DNA of 62,747 bases, the filler included, from Candidatus Babelota bacterium (GTDB taxonomy: Bacteria; JAGOBX01): NCBI GenBank assembly GCA_017999075.1. It is 11 parts of 11 records of this genome, joined end to end, with 100 filler letters (N's around TTAATTAATTAA, not from the genome) between each part and the next. Parts side by side here need not be neighbours in the genome. Positions count along the whole stretch, not along the records: positions 41,761 to 45,895 come from JAGOBX010000379.1; positions 45,996 to 50,124 come from JAGOBX010000380.1; positions 50,225 to 54,340 come from JAGOBX010000381.1; 8 more parts are not named here. One strand, written 5' to 3'. The notes beneath the pieces were generated by a model, which was given only the letters and a program-made list of their open reading frames with translations, did not search any database and was not told the origin of the DNA. The position numbers and the translations under genes are program-made. Shown here in pieces: positions 41,866-52,419 of the stretch. Numbering within the stretch: position 1 is the stretch's first letter; each line of letters starts with the position of its first letter.

Positions 41866-44337
41866 TTATTTTAGATTGGAAATTTTTTTTAACAAATAAT
41901 TTATAGTTATGGCTGCGGCAATTGATAAAATAAATATCATTAATCCTGTTTTAAAGTTTTTCATTGAATGCTTGAATGTTACCGTATGATTGCCTTCAGG
42001 CACTATTATAGATTGAAATAAATAGTTTGCTCGGTAAATCTTTGTTTTTTTGTTATCAATGAAACATTCCCATTCAGGATCGTATGTGTCTGTAAGCGTG
42101 AAAAAACTCTGACACGAACTGTTAATTTTGAATGATTTGATGTTATTAGTATATTTTATACATTCGGTGTTTAAAACAGGTTTTTCGATGAAATCATTTT
42201 TTTTGAATTCTGTTTCAAGCTGTTCTCCGATAATGATTTTTTTTCTGTATTCAAATTCTTCGGAATTCATTATTGCAATGATTTTATCGTCGTTTATTCC
42301 CAAAGGAAAATCATTTTTAATGAATTCGTAATCAGTTACAAAATAAAATCTCGGGAGAGGAAATTTATATTCGTAAAAATTTACTATAGAATCTCCGCTG
42401 TCAAGTTTTTTGAAAAAATTTTCCGGCAGTTGCCCGGCTGTATAAATATATTTGGTTGAAGAATATGATAGAAGTTTGTAGGCACCGTATTTTATAGGAG
42501 TTCTGACTTTATAAAATCTTAATGTTTCCATTGTATTTTCGCCGTTGAAAATATTAATTCCGTAATAAACAGGCGTATTTTTTGCAAGAAATTTTTTTAA
42601 ATGATAGAACGGTTCATAACTTTTTTTGAATCCGGGATAGAATTTAAACGGCAATTCCATGTTTCCAAGGTTTAAATTATAAAATCTGTAATCAGTATTT
42701 TTTTTATTTTTTGGACTAATATAACGAAGAAGAGGTTCGAGAGTAGCTGGTTTTTCAGTGAAAAAATTTTTTTCTATAAACATTTTGAAGTTTGTATAAT
42801 ATTCGCGGCAATCAAAAAAATATACTGCCAGAATAAATATGTATAAATAAGCTACGGTTATCCTGTATTTTATTAGGAAAAATAATCCGGACAAAAAAAT
42901 TATAGGGATAAACGAAATGAATATCAGGTTGTTTGATATTGTATCAAAATATCTGTCAAGTTTGGAATAATAATATTGATACGGGTATTTTCTGATGCCT
43001 TTTTCAAGGTTTTTCAAAAATTCAGGGGACCTGCCTTCTGAAAAAACTTTTATATATTTATCTGAATACGCCAATAATTTTGATTTATTATGTTTAATTA
43101 AAAAACCGGTTGAGATTATTAAAAAAAATATTACTGATAAAGTTATTATGTATTTTAGTTTTAGATTCAGTTTATATTCGGAATAATCTTTTATGAAATA
43201 GTAAAATCCCCAGCCTGCTATTAGTAATTCGAAAAAATTCATCAGAATGACGTATCTCATTATACCTCGGAACTTCTGGAAAATAGAAATGTTTTTTATT
43301 ATGAAATATACAGGTGAAAACCTTCCAAGCGCAATAAATAACGAAGCTATAAGTAAAATTAAATAAACTTTTATTTCTTTATTTTTTTTATAGTTTTTTA
43401 AACCGTAAATGAAAAAAAACAAGGTTAAAAATCCAAGGTATAAATCAAGATTATGTCCCATTGGAGGTCCGATAAAAGAATTTTCGCTTTCCGCTCCGAG
43501 AAAGTTATAAAATACTGCGCAAATGAGAGAAGAGGGATATAATGAAATTGAGCCGGATAAATCAAACACTATGCGCGTTGATAGTTTGCTTTGCATATAT
43601 AGAGGATATAACTGCGGAGCGGCAAACCCGAATCCAAGAAAAAAAGAAATTGTTATTAAAATCATATTTGAAGATATATTTTTAATACTAAAATGATTGC
43701 TTATCATTTGAACAAATATATATAAATAAATTCCGGTAATCGTAATTACAGATGTTTGCGGGTGGCCGTTATAAATTTGGAATGCAATAATAATAGCAAT
43801 AATAAATAAAAAATGTCTGCGGTTTTCGTTTATGAACCGTTCTGAAAAGTAAAAACATAAAGGCATAACTGCAAAGCCTAACATTAAATCAGCGAACAGA
43901 TAGTTTGTGATTGAAAATCCGAAAAAAATTAATAATATTGAAGAAAATACTGAAGAAATTTTATTTTTAAACTTGTATAAGAAAAAAATGTATGAACATA
44001 AAGCTAAAATAATGTAAGATAATAAAATTATCAGGTTGTAAGCTAATACCTGGTCTTTCAATAAATAAAATGGGACTTGAACAAAACTTAATAGGGCGAA
44101 TGTTGAAGAACCCAGAAGATCAATTCCGCAATCGTATAGATTTGTCCATACCGGAAATTCAAATTCCCTCATCATTTCTGAAATACGGTTACGGATAGGA
44201 ATAAAATACCAGTAAACATCACCGAAAAAAATAGATTTTCCGGAAAAAATAAAATCGCCGAAAAATAAAACTGAAAAAATAATAAAAATAAAACAGAAAT
44301 ATTTATGTTCTGATATTGTTTTAAAAAATAATTTCAT
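41866..44337 (-). CDS. YfhO-family GT-C membrane glycosyltransferase
   Basis: GDVYWYFIP, PVWT, GHPQ, PRFYFV, DTYDPEWECFID...RANYLFQSIIVPEGNHTVTF. Confidence 0.85.
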   Translation of the reverse strand: MKLFFKTISEHKYFCFIFIIFSVLFFGDFIFSGKSIFFGDVYWYFIPIRNRISEMMREFEFPVWTNLYDCGIDLLGSSTFALLSFVQVPFYLLKDQVLAYNLIILLSYIILALCSYIFFLYKFKNKISSVFSSILLIFFGFSITNYLFADLMLGFAVMPLCFYFSERFINENRRHFLFIIAIIIAFQIYNGHPQTSVITITGIYLYIFVQMISNHFSIKNISSNMILITISFFLGFGFAAPQLYPLYMQSKLSTRIVFDLSGSISLYPSSLICAVFYNFLGAESENSFIGPPMGHNLDLYLGFLTLFFFIYGLKNYKKNKEIKVYLILLIASLFIALGRFSPVYFIIKNISIFQKFRGIMRYVILMNFFELLIAGWGFYYFIKDYSEYKLNLKLKYIITLSVIFFLIISTGFLIKHNKSKLLAYSDKYIKVFSEGRSPEFLKNLEKGIRKYPYQYYYSKLDRYFDTISNNLIFISFIPIIFLSGLFFLIKYRITVAYLYIFILAVYFFDCREYYTNFKMFIEKNFFTEKPATLEPLLRYISPKNKKNTDYRFYNLNLGNMELPFKFYPGFKKSYEPFYHLKKFLAKNTPVYYGINIFNGENTMETLRFYKVRTPIKYGAYKLLSYSSTKYIYTAGQLPENFFKKLDSGDSIVNFYEYKFPLPRFYFVTDYEFIKNDFPLGINDDKIIAIMNSEEFEYRKKIIIGEQLETEFKKNDFIEKPVLNTECIKYTNNIKSFKINSSCQSFFTLTDTYDPEWECFIDNKKTKIYRANYLFQSIIVPEGNHTVTFKHSMKNFKTGLMIFILSIAAAITINYLLKKISNLK

Positions 44338-44374
44338 GTTTTGTGCGGTTAAAACGCTGAATCTAAGTATTAAA

Positions 44375-45148
44375 TTATTTTTTTTGAGCAGCTATAATTA
44401 ATTCCCAATCATCTGCTGAAATATTTTTATTTAAGCCGAACGGTTGAAAAGACAGGATTTTAAAATTGTTTATGTTAAGTAGTATTTCTATTTCTTCAGG
44501 AGAAAAATAATGAAGATTATGGGTTTCGCTGAATTTGTTTACTGTTTTTTTTCCTGATGATATTGTAACATTGTAATGAACTGCGCAGTTTTGTTTGAGC
44601 TTATCTACTTCAGTGAAAGTTTCCCTTGTTATTTTCATATTATCTGAATCAACTGTTTTTTTTCCGCGTTTATTGTTGTTTTCAGGAACAAGCAAACCAT
44701 TCCAGAAATCAAAGATAAATATGCCGCCGGGTTTCAGGATTTTGTTAAGAGCTTTAAAAAATTTGTCTATATCTTTCCATCCGGAAAGGTAATTTATTGC
44801 TGCAAACATACATAAAACAGCATCATATTTTTTAGTGGTTTTAATTTCTGTCATACTGCATACTTCGGTTTTGGATTTAATTCCCATATCTTCCAGTTTA
44901 TGTTTTAAAATCCGGATCATGTCTGAAGAAATGTCACTGCCTTCGACTGTATAACCGAGTTTTATTAGTTCAACGAGATGGTTGCCTGTCCCGCATGCAG
45001 CATCCCTTATGAATTTGCAGTCAGGTTTGTATTTTTTCAGTATTTTATTCAGATATTTAACTTCCTGAACATAATCTTTTCCTTGATAAAACAAATCGTA
45101 AAATTTTGAATAATCGGTTTTAAAACAGGAATGTTTTTTTTGTTTCAT
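44375..45148 (-). CDS. Class I SAM methyltransferase, DesVI/TylM1-like sugar N-methyltransferase
   Basis: YDLFYQGKDY..E, DAACGTG.H, DAVLCMF. Confidence 0.75.
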   Translation of the reverse strand: MKQKKHSCFKTDYSKFYDLFYQGKDYVQEVKYLNKILKKYKPDCKFIRDAACGTGNHLVELIKLGYTVEGSDISSDMIRILKHKLEDMGIKSKTEVCSMTEIKTTKKYDAVLCMFAAINYLSGWKDIDKFFKALNKILKPGGIFIFDFWNGLLVPENNNKRGKKTVDSDNMKITRETFTEVDKLKQNCAVHYNVTISSGKKTVNKFSETHNLHYFSPEEIEILLNINNFKILSFQPFGLNKNISADDWELIIAAQKK

Positions 45149-45895
45149 TAAATTTCTCCGCGTTTAATTTGAAAAATTATTTTTTTTAATGCATTGCATA
45201 CAAAATCAATTTGTTCTTTTTTTAGACCAAGTCCTGACGGCAGATAAAATCCGTATTTTGCCGCGTTTTCAGTAACAGGATAAGATTCGTTTTTAAATAA
45301 TCCCAACCCTTTAAGAACAGGCTGTTCATGGAGCCCTATGAAAAATGATCTGGTATCTATTCCTTCTGTTTTAAGTTTTTTCATTACTGTTTCTGAAAAA
45401 ACTCCAAGTTTTGAATCAAGTTCTACTGCATACATCCAGTAAACTGTTTTAGCCCAATTTTTTTCTGTCTGAAGTTTTAATTCGGAAATATCACACAACT
45501 TAGATCTGTAATATTCGCCGAATTCACGTTTGATTTTTATATATTCTTCGATTTTTTCAAGTTGAGCTAATCCTACTGCAGCCTGCAGATTTGTCATTCT
45601 GAAATTGTAACCCAATTCTGTATGCCAGAATCTGCGTTCTGGTTTGAAGCAAAGGTTTCTGTATGATTTTGCTAATTCTGCGAATTTATCGTCATTACAT
45701 AAAACCATGCCGCCTTCACCGGAACTTATTATTTTATTAGCGTAAAACGAGAATGAAGAAATATGCCCTATTGACCCGCATTTTTTGTTTTTATATTCTG
45801 CGCCGTGAACTTCTGCCGCGTCTTCCAAAACTTTAAGATTATATTTTTCAGCTAATTTCATTATCGGGTCCATATCAGCTGAATGTCCGTAAATA
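45148..45895 (-). CDS. DegT/DnrJ/EryC1/StrS sugar aminotransferase (perosamine synthase-like), 5'-truncated
   Basis: EDAAE, SFYANKIISSGEGG (PLP lysine), GYNFRMTNLQAA, LPS. Confidence 0.92.
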
Positions 45896-46109
45896 NNNNN
45901 NNNNNNNNNNNNNNNNNNNNNNNNNNNNNNNNNNNNNNNTTAATTAATTAANNNNNNNNNNNNNNNNNNNNNNNNNNNNNNNNNNNNNNNNNNNNCAATA
46001 ATAAATCGCAATTTATTTTTCATATATTAAAATATAAAATTATAATGTTGAATTTACAAAAATTATATAAGTAAATAAATAAATTGCAACTGATTTTTAG
46101 GTTTATTTA

Positions 46110-46140
46110 TTGACAAATATAAAACTATGTTATATATAAT
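46110..46140 (+). promoter_or_regulatory. Possible sigma-70 promoter
   Basis: TTGACA at 46110-46115, followed by TATATATAAT at 46131-46140. Confidence 0.45.
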
Positions 46141-46235
46141 TTGTAAACAAATATAGCGTGATGCTGTACAAATAAAATTATTAATTGGCAGCAAATAATA
46201 GAACGCTGTTAATAAAAAAGGAGATAGTTTTTATT

Positions 46236-47708
46236 ATGAAATTAAAATTTGAAATGGTAATTGTTTTTTGTATTTTGACGTTAATAAGCTCTTGCAGTTT
46301 TACTCCGAGTTATCAGAAAATTTTAATGGAAAAAGATAATTCTATAAATGAATTGAAAAGTTCATTGACTCAAAAAACCGATGAAAGCGAGCATCAGAAA
46401 ATGAAAAATGCTCAATTGGAAGAAGAACTCAAAACTATCAAGGAAACTTTAAAAAATGAGCAGGAGAAATTAAAGGAGACATCTAAAACTCTGGATATGG
46501 CTAATAATCAGATAGGCGTTTTGAAAAAAGAATCGGAACAAATGTTTGCTAATCTTGAAAATGAAAAAAAATTAAAATTAGAAACTCAAGCCAAGTTTGA
46601 TTCTTCCGAAGGCGAATTGAAAAGTTCAAAAGAAAATATTTTAAAATTGTCTGATGAGATAAAAACGAAAATCAATATTATATCCGAATTGGAAAAAAGT
46701 CTTTCTGATATAAAAAAACAGGTTTTAACGGCTAATACTGAAATACAGAATTTAAAAGGGCAAATAGAAATTTTAAAAAATCAGATTGAAAAAAATAAAT
46801 TGGATAATGAATCAAAATTGAAAGTTGAGTTTGAAAAACAAAAAAATCTGGAATCAACCATTTCAGCGTTGAATAATAAAATACAGGAATTACAAGTTAA
46901 AAATTCTGAGCTTGAAACCAAAAATAACAAACTTGCAGGAGATATAGAATTTTCGGTCAAATCTTTTGAAGAATATAAAAATTCTTCGTTGAATAAAATT
47001 AAGGAAATAGAATTAAAAAGCGAAGCTGCTTTAAAAAATGCCGAAAATAAGAAAAATGAAGAAATTAATAAAATTGCGTCTGAGAACAACAAACTTAAAG
47101 AAGAACTTGCTAAAATGGCGGCAATTGAATCATCTAAAAAAAATCTTGAAGAAAAAGTTAAATCTCTTGAAATTGAACGTGATAAAATTGTAGCTGAACT
47201 TGAAAAAAACAAAGCTGATGAAATAAAAAAACTTATGGGGGAAAATAGTAAGATTAAGGAAGAACTTGAAAAACTTGAGAATAAAAATCAGTTTTTGGTT
47301 AAGGAATCCCAGAAGGGGATAGAGATAACATTTCTTGATAAAATACTGTTTGATCAGGGAAAAGCTGATTTGAAAAAAGAATCTTTGAACGCATTGAAAA
47401 ATGTTGCTAAAATACTGAATAATTATCCGGACAGAAATATAATCATTGAAGGTCATACAGATAATAAACCTATTAAAACTCCTAAATTTCCTTCTAATTG
47501 GGAATTATCAGCGGGCCGGGCTGTTTCTGTATTAAGGTTTTTTGTAGATAAAACAAATATTCCAAAAAATAGAATAAGCGTTCAGGGTTTTGCTGACACA
47601 CGTCCTGTTTCTGATAATTCTTCTGAAAACGGAAGAAGATTAAACAGAAGGGTTGAAATTATTTTATTGCCGCAGGATTTAAAAATTGAAAAAGTGGAGC
47701 AAAAATGA
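46236..47708 (+). CDS. Lipoprotein with long coiled coil and C-terminal OmpA/MotB-type peptidoglycan-binding domain
   Basis: AAGGAG RBS, ATG at 46236, lipobox ISSC, about 330 aa of heptad-rich sequence, IEGHTDN..SNWELSAGRA..NRRVEI. Confidence 0.85.
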   Translation: MKLKFEMVIVFCILTLISSCSFTPSYQKILMEKDNSINELKSSLTQKTDESEHQKMKNAQLEEELKTIKETLKNEQEKLKETSKTLDMANNQIGVLKKESEQMFANLENEKKLKLETQAKFDSSEGELKSSKENILKLSDEIKTKINIISELEKSLSDIKKQVLTANTEIQNLKGQIEILKNQIEKNKLDNESKLKVEFEKQKNLESTISALNNKIQELQVKNSELETKNNKLAGDIEFSVKSFEEYKNSSLNKIKEIELKSEAALKNAENKKNEEINKIASENNKLKEELAKMAAIESSKKNLEEKVKSLEIERDKIVAELEKNKADEIKKLMGENSKIKEELEKLENKNQFLVKESQKGIEITFLDKILFDQGKADLKKESLNALKNVAKILNNYPDRNIIIEGHTDNKPIKTPKFPSNWELSAGRAVSVLRFFVDKTNIPKNRISVQGFADTRPVSDNSSENGRRLNRRVEIILLPQDLKIEKVEQK

Positions 47709-48463
47709 AAATTTACGCAGACTTACATACGCATACTATAGCAAGCGGTCATGCTTATGCTACAATCGAGGAAATGGCGCGCTGTGCTTCTGAAAAAAAA
47801 TTGAATTATATCGGAATCACGGATCATGGACCTTCTCTTATTGCAGCTCCAAATGAATTATATTTTAAATGCGCTTTGTTGTGTCCTCCAAAAATTTATG
47901 GGGTGGAAATTATTTTCGGTTGTGAAGCTAATATAATTGATTATGACGGTTCAATAGATTTATCTGAAGATACTGCGCGCCGTCTTGATATTCTTCTTGC
48001 AGGGTTCCATAATTATACTCCGTATATTCCGGGTTCTGAAAAGGAAAATACCGCAGCTCTTTTAAAAACTGTAAAACGCTATAAGAATATTGATATTATC
48101 GCGCATCCGGGAAATCCAGCATTTAAAATTAATTATGAAGATACAATAAAATGTTTGAATGATTATAATGTTTTAATTGAAATAAACAACAGGTCATTTC
48201 TTCCGGATCAGCTTTCTGCGAGAAAAGGAAGTTCGTCAAATTGCAGAGAAATAATGAGATTATGTGAAAAGTATAATGTAAGAGTAGTAGTATCAAGCGA
48301 TGCGCATAACCAGTATCAGGTTGGATGTTTTCAGTATGCTCTTGACGTATTGGCTGAAGAAAAATTTCCGGAAAAATTAATTTTGAACAGTAATTTGGAA
48401 AAGTTATCTGAATATCTTGGTTCAATTCATTCAGATAAAGTGCCTAAAGAGGTTTTGTTTTGA
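47705..48463 (+). CDS. PHP-domain phosphatase (YcdX-like)
   Basis: DLHTHTIASGHAY, ITDHGP, AHPGN, SDAH. Confidence 0.92.
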   Translation: MKIYADLHTHTIASGHAYATIEEMARCASEKKLNYIGITDHGPSLIAAPNELYFKCALLCPPKIYGVEIIFGCEANIIDYDGSIDLSEDTARRLDILLAGFHNYTPYIPGSEKENTAALLKTVKRYKNIDIIAHPGNPAFKINYEDTIKCLNDYNVLIEINNRSFLPDQLSARKGSSSNCREIMRLCEKYNVRVVVSSDAHNQYQVGCFQYALDVLAEEKFPEKLILNSNLEKLSEYLGSIHSDKVPKEVLF

Positions 48464-49485
48464 AATTTCAAAAAAAAATAATTTCAGTTTTTCTTGTTTT
48501 ACTGGTTTTTATAATAATTCAGCAGCCCGGATATTCTGCCGTAAAAAAAAAAAATGTTAAATCAGCAGTTAAAAAAAAAGTTAAACGTACTGGAGTCAAC
48601 GATTCAGATAATTCTAAACAAAACACATCAAACGATACTTCGATAAATTTAAAACCAGATAGTAATGGTGGAGACAATATTTCTGCTAATGCGGAAAAAT
48701 ATAAAAAAAAAAAAAATCTGAAAATTTTACTTGATCCAGGTCACGGCGGAATGGATTCAGGCGGAACTGTTGAAAATATTGAAGAAAAAAATGTTGTACT
48801 GAAAATTGCCGGTTTTATTGCGGAAGAATTGAAATCGCCGAAATATGGAAATAAATTTTTTCCTGTATTTACCCGTAACGACGATAAATTTGTTAAACTT
48901 GCAAACCGCAGAAAAATGCAGAAAAAACATAATGCAGATATTTTTATCAGTATTCACTTGAATCTTGCTCCGAACAATTTAGAAGCTTCCGGAACTGAAT
49001 TGTATTTCATTTCTGAAGAAGGAGCTCCTGATATTGAAACTGAACGTGTTGCTGCAATTGAAAATTCTTCATCAGACGGCGACAATATTGAAAGTAACGA
49101 TAATGATAACGGTTTATTGTCATTTGTTCTTGCGGATTTAAATAAACGAAACATTATAAACCAAAGCATCCAGCTTGCATTGAACCTTGAAAAAAATCTT
49201 AAATATCTCAAGGATATAAAAGTTCGTCATATAAAACGAGCTCCATTTTTTGTTTTAAGGACATTGCATTGCCCGTCTGTTTTGATTGAAGCCGGTTTTT
49301 TAACTAATGATAACGACAGAAAACTGTTTCAGTCGGATGAATTTTTAAAAGAATATGCTTTTAAAATTGCTGAAGGAATAAATTCATTTTATGAAAATAC
49401 AATAAAAAAAATCGAGTTTCCTTTTATAGAAAATTTATCTGATACAGGTTTGATTGATGGCGATACCGGAAATTTTAAAAAATAA
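48460..49485 (+). CDS. N-acetylmuramoyl-L-alanine amidase (Amidase_3, AmiC-like)
   Basis: LDPGHGG.DSG, EK, FISIHLN, PSVLIEAGFLTN; signal peptide. Confidence 0.92.
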   Translation: MKFQKKIISVFLVLLVFIIIQQPGYSAVKKKNVKSAVKKKVKRTGVNDSDNSKQNTSNDTSINLKPDSNGGDNISANAEKYKKKKNLKILLDPGHGGMDSGGTVENIEEKNVVLKIAGFIAEELKSPKYGNKFFPVFTRNDDKFVKLANRRKMQKKHNADIFISIHLNLAPNNLEASGTELYFISEEGAPDIETERVAAIENSSSDGDNIESNDNDNGLLSFVLADLNKRNIINQSIQLALNLEKNLKYLKDIKVRHIKRAPFFVLRTLHCPSVLIEAGFLTNDNDRKLFQSDEFLKEYAFKIAEGINSFYENTIKKIEFPFIENLSDTGLIDGDTGNFKK

Positions 49486-50067
49486 CATATTCTGCAGGTT
49501 TTCCATTTATATATTGTTTTTGATTGCAGGTATTTTTTTTATACTTATGTCGTTTCAGTCAGTCTGCCAATATTATGCTGTTAACCCTCAATCGTGGGAC
49601 ATATCTATTTACACTCAAAATATGTATCTTTTGGTAAACGGATTTTCGTTTAACACTGCGCGCGGGATAAATTTGTGGGGACATCATTTGGAACCAGTGT
49701 TATTTCCTATTGCGCATTTGGTGAAATTTTCAGGAAGACCTGAATTGATGTTTGTAATCCAAATTTTTGTTATTTGTTTCGGAGTATTTTTTGTATTTTA
49801 TTTTTCTGCAAAATTAACCGAAAACTCTAAAACAGCATTTATTATATCGATATTATATTTATTATATCCTGCATTGCACAACTCTGCATTATTTGAGTTT
49901 CATCCGGGTTCTCTTGCAATTCCGTTTTTTTTCCCTTTGATTTATTTTTTAAAAAAAAACAGGCAGATATATGCTTTTTTAATTTTGTTTTTGATTTTTT
50001 AAACCCGTGAAATTTATGCCTTGCCAACCGCTTTTTTATGTTTTTATTATTTTAATGAAAACTCAAC
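49454..50067 (+). pseudogene. DUF2079-like GT-C membrane protein interrupted by in-frame TAA at 50000-50002 (or a sequencing error)
   Basis: WDISIYTQ, GHHLEP, FEFHP motifs. After the TAA the same frame continues ACC CGT GAA ATT TAT... (TREIYALP) to the N gap. Confidence 0.55.
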
Positions 50068-50224
50068 NNNNNNNNNNNNNNNNNNNNNNNNNNNNNNNNN
50101 NNNNNNNNNTTCGATCCTTGTGATNNNNNNNNNNNNNNNNNNNNNNNNNNNNNNNNNNNNNNNNNNNNTTAATTAATTAANNNNNNNNNNNNNNNNNNNN
50201 NNNNNNNNNNNNNNNNNNNNNNNN

Positions 50225-50587
50225 GGAGTATGGGGACCAAGATTCCTGCTGCCGGTTATTCCGTTATTGATTATGTTTATAATAATGTCTTACAATAATT
50301 TTAACATTAAAATAAAGGTTGTATTTTGGATTTTGTCAGGAATAGGTTTGTTGGTGAATTTACCTGCGCTTCTGTATGATTTCAGAATATTTTGCAGAAC
50401 AGATGATTGGGAATATCATTTAAAAACTTTATTTATTCCACATTATTCTCCTGTTATAAAATCATTTAAATATATGTATTTGAATTTTTTTGAATTCGGG
50501 AAAATTGAACTTTTCAGCGTTTCTTTAGCAGCGCTGATAATGGTTGTTTTTATATTAAACATTTTTATTAAAACTGATTATCGTTAA
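50225..50587 (+). CDS. C-terminal fragment of a membrane protein (GT-C-like)
   Basis: Frame open from the contig start: GVWGPRFLLPVIP followed by TM helices. Confidence 0.55.
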   Translation, partial: GVWGPRFLLPVIPLLIMFIIMSYNNFNIKIKVVFWILSGIGLLVNLPALLYDFRIFCRTDDWEYHLKTLFIPHYSPVIKSFKYMYLNFFEFGKIELFSVSLAALIMVVFILNIFIKTDYR

Positions 50588-50647
50588 TTATAAAAATGAA
50601 AAAATATAATATTATTCTGATATATTAAAATAAGTCGGATTTATAAT

Positions 50648-52123
50648 ATGACAGATTTAAAAATAGTTATAGCTTCTTTGCCGCATCAGATACTTGCAGG
50701 AATGATGGAAAAAAATGAATTTGTGGAATTTGCAGTAGAGCAAATAGGATATAAATCAATAGCCGGCAACATATATATAGGCGAAGTGAAAAAAATCATA
50801 CCTGCGCTGCAGGCTGTTTTTGTTGATATTGGGATTGAAAAATTAGGATTTTTGCATATAAATGAAATTATAGATATTCATTCTATTAATCCTGAATTAA
50901 GAATTAAACATAAAATAGAAAATTTATTGAAACCTGGAGATAAAGTTACAGTACAGGTTTTAAAAGACGGTTATTATGAAAAAGGTCCTCAATTAACATT
51001 AAAACTTACAATACCCGGGAAATTGCTGATAGCTTTGCCTGAACGTGAACACATAGGTTTTTCCAATAAAATTGCTGATGATTCTGAAAAAAAAAGAATA
51101 AGTAACATAATAAATGTTCATAAAAAAGAAAAAAACGGATATATTGCGCGTACAGAATGCCTTCAGTGTGCTGATGAAGAAATAATACAAGAAATTAAGA
51201 GACTGAACAGGATTTCTGAAACTATTCAATCATTGATAAAAAACGGCAGGAAGTTTGCCGAAATATATTCTAACAATGATATATTTTCAATGATTAGACG
51301 TGAGTTTATAGGAAATAAACAAGCTGTAATTTATTATGATGACATGGAGATAAAAGATAAACTTGAACAGATGATATGCTTATCTGATTCAATAAAATTA
51401 TGTTATATGGAGTTTTCCGGAACAGCCGGGATTTTCAATATTTATTCCGAATATCAAAAATTAACCAGAAATAAAGTTTGGCTAAAATGTGGTGGTCATT
51501 TTATTATTGAATTTACAGAAGCGTTTACTTCTATAGATATAAATACAGGGAAGAACATTTCTGAAAAAAATAAAGAAAAAATGATTTTGCTGACTAATAT
51601 TGAAGCGGTTCAGGAAATAGCTAAACAAATACGGCTGCGGAATATAAGCGGAATAATTTTAATTGATTTAATGAATATGATGACAGAAGAAGAAATAACA
51701 GAAGTTTTAACCGAACTTGAAAATGAATTATCAAGAGACAGGGTAAGAAGTAAAATTTTTTATACTCCACAAACCGGAATAATTCAAATATTACGAAGAA
51801 GAAATAAAAATAGTATTTCTCAGATTTTGTTTGAAAAATGTCATTTTTGCAGCGGTTATGGGAAAATTTTTAAACTTGATTCTCAAATAATCAACATAGA
51901 ACGTAAAATTAAGGAACTCGCGCTGTTGAAAAATAAACGCAAGATTTTTATTACTGTTTCGCCGGAGTTATTTAACTTGATTGAATCTAATAACATAATA
52001 AATAAAATTGAAAAAAAATATAATGTAAAAATAATATTGAATAAAAATGAAACATATTATAAAATTCAATATAACATTGATAATACTGATAATACTGGTA
52101 ATATTTTGCAAGGTGATAAATGA
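50648..52123 (+). CDS. Ribonuclease E/G family
   Basis: GNIYIGEV..LQAVFVDIG S1 domain, EAFTSIDINTG, QIRLRNISGIILID, CHFCSGYG. Confidence 0.92.
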   Translation: MTDLKIVIASLPHQILAGMMEKNEFVEFAVEQIGYKSIAGNIYIGEVKKIIPALQAVFVDIGIEKLGFLHINEIIDIHSINPELRIKHKIENLLKPGDKVTVQVLKDGYYEKGPQLTLKLTIPGKLLIALPEREHIGFSNKIADDSEKKRISNIINVHKKEKNGYIARTECLQCADEEIIQEIKRLNRISETIQSLIKNGRKFAEIYSNNDIFSMIRREFIGNKQAVIYYDDMEIKDKLEQMICLSDSIKLCYMEFSGTAGIFNIYSEYQKLTRNKVWLKCGGHFIIEFTEAFTSIDINTGKNISEKNKEKMILLTNIEAVQEIAKQIRLRNISGIILIDLMNMMTEEEITEVLTELENELSRDRVRSKIFYTPQTGIIQILRRRNKNSISQILFEKCHFCSGYGKIFKLDSQIINIERKIKELALLKNKRKIFITVSPELFNLIESNNIINKIEKKYNVKIILNKNETYYKIQYNIDNTDNTGNILQGDK

Positions 52124-52419
52124 GACTAATGCTTTTAAGATATCATTCGAGGTTTTCAAATTACATTAAGGAAATATTGGAAAATTATAATATAACTGAT
52201 TACGTGTTCAGTTCTGATGTTTCTTTTTTTGATCCTCAGGAAAAAGAACATAATCTTTTTAAAAATAAAGCCTGGCCTGAATCCCACGAGATTATTGTAA
52301 AAGCTATAAGCGATGAAGTTTCAGATGCTATTTTTGATAAAATAACTCAGCATAAAGAACAGAATAATATTGGAAATAAGATTAAAATAATATTAGTTCC
52401 CATTATAAAAAATGGATAG
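52120..52419 (+). CDS. Small PII-like protein (PG0541-like)
   Basis: About 100 aa with a ferredoxin-like pattern, AWP motif and C-terminal IILVPI strand. Confidence 0.45.
   Translation: MRLMLLRYHSRFSNYIKEILENYNITDYVFSSDVSFFDPQEKEHNLFKNKAWPESHEIIVKAISDEVSDAIFDKITQHKEQNNIGNKIKIILVPIIKNG

Noticed and set aside
50000-50002. Stop-codon reassignment suggested by the in-frame TAA
   Set aside because: TAA terminates most genes in the window normally; this is a single isolated case.
50110-50124. 15-nt island between N runs
   Set aside because: Scaffold remnant after an internal gap; uninterpretable.
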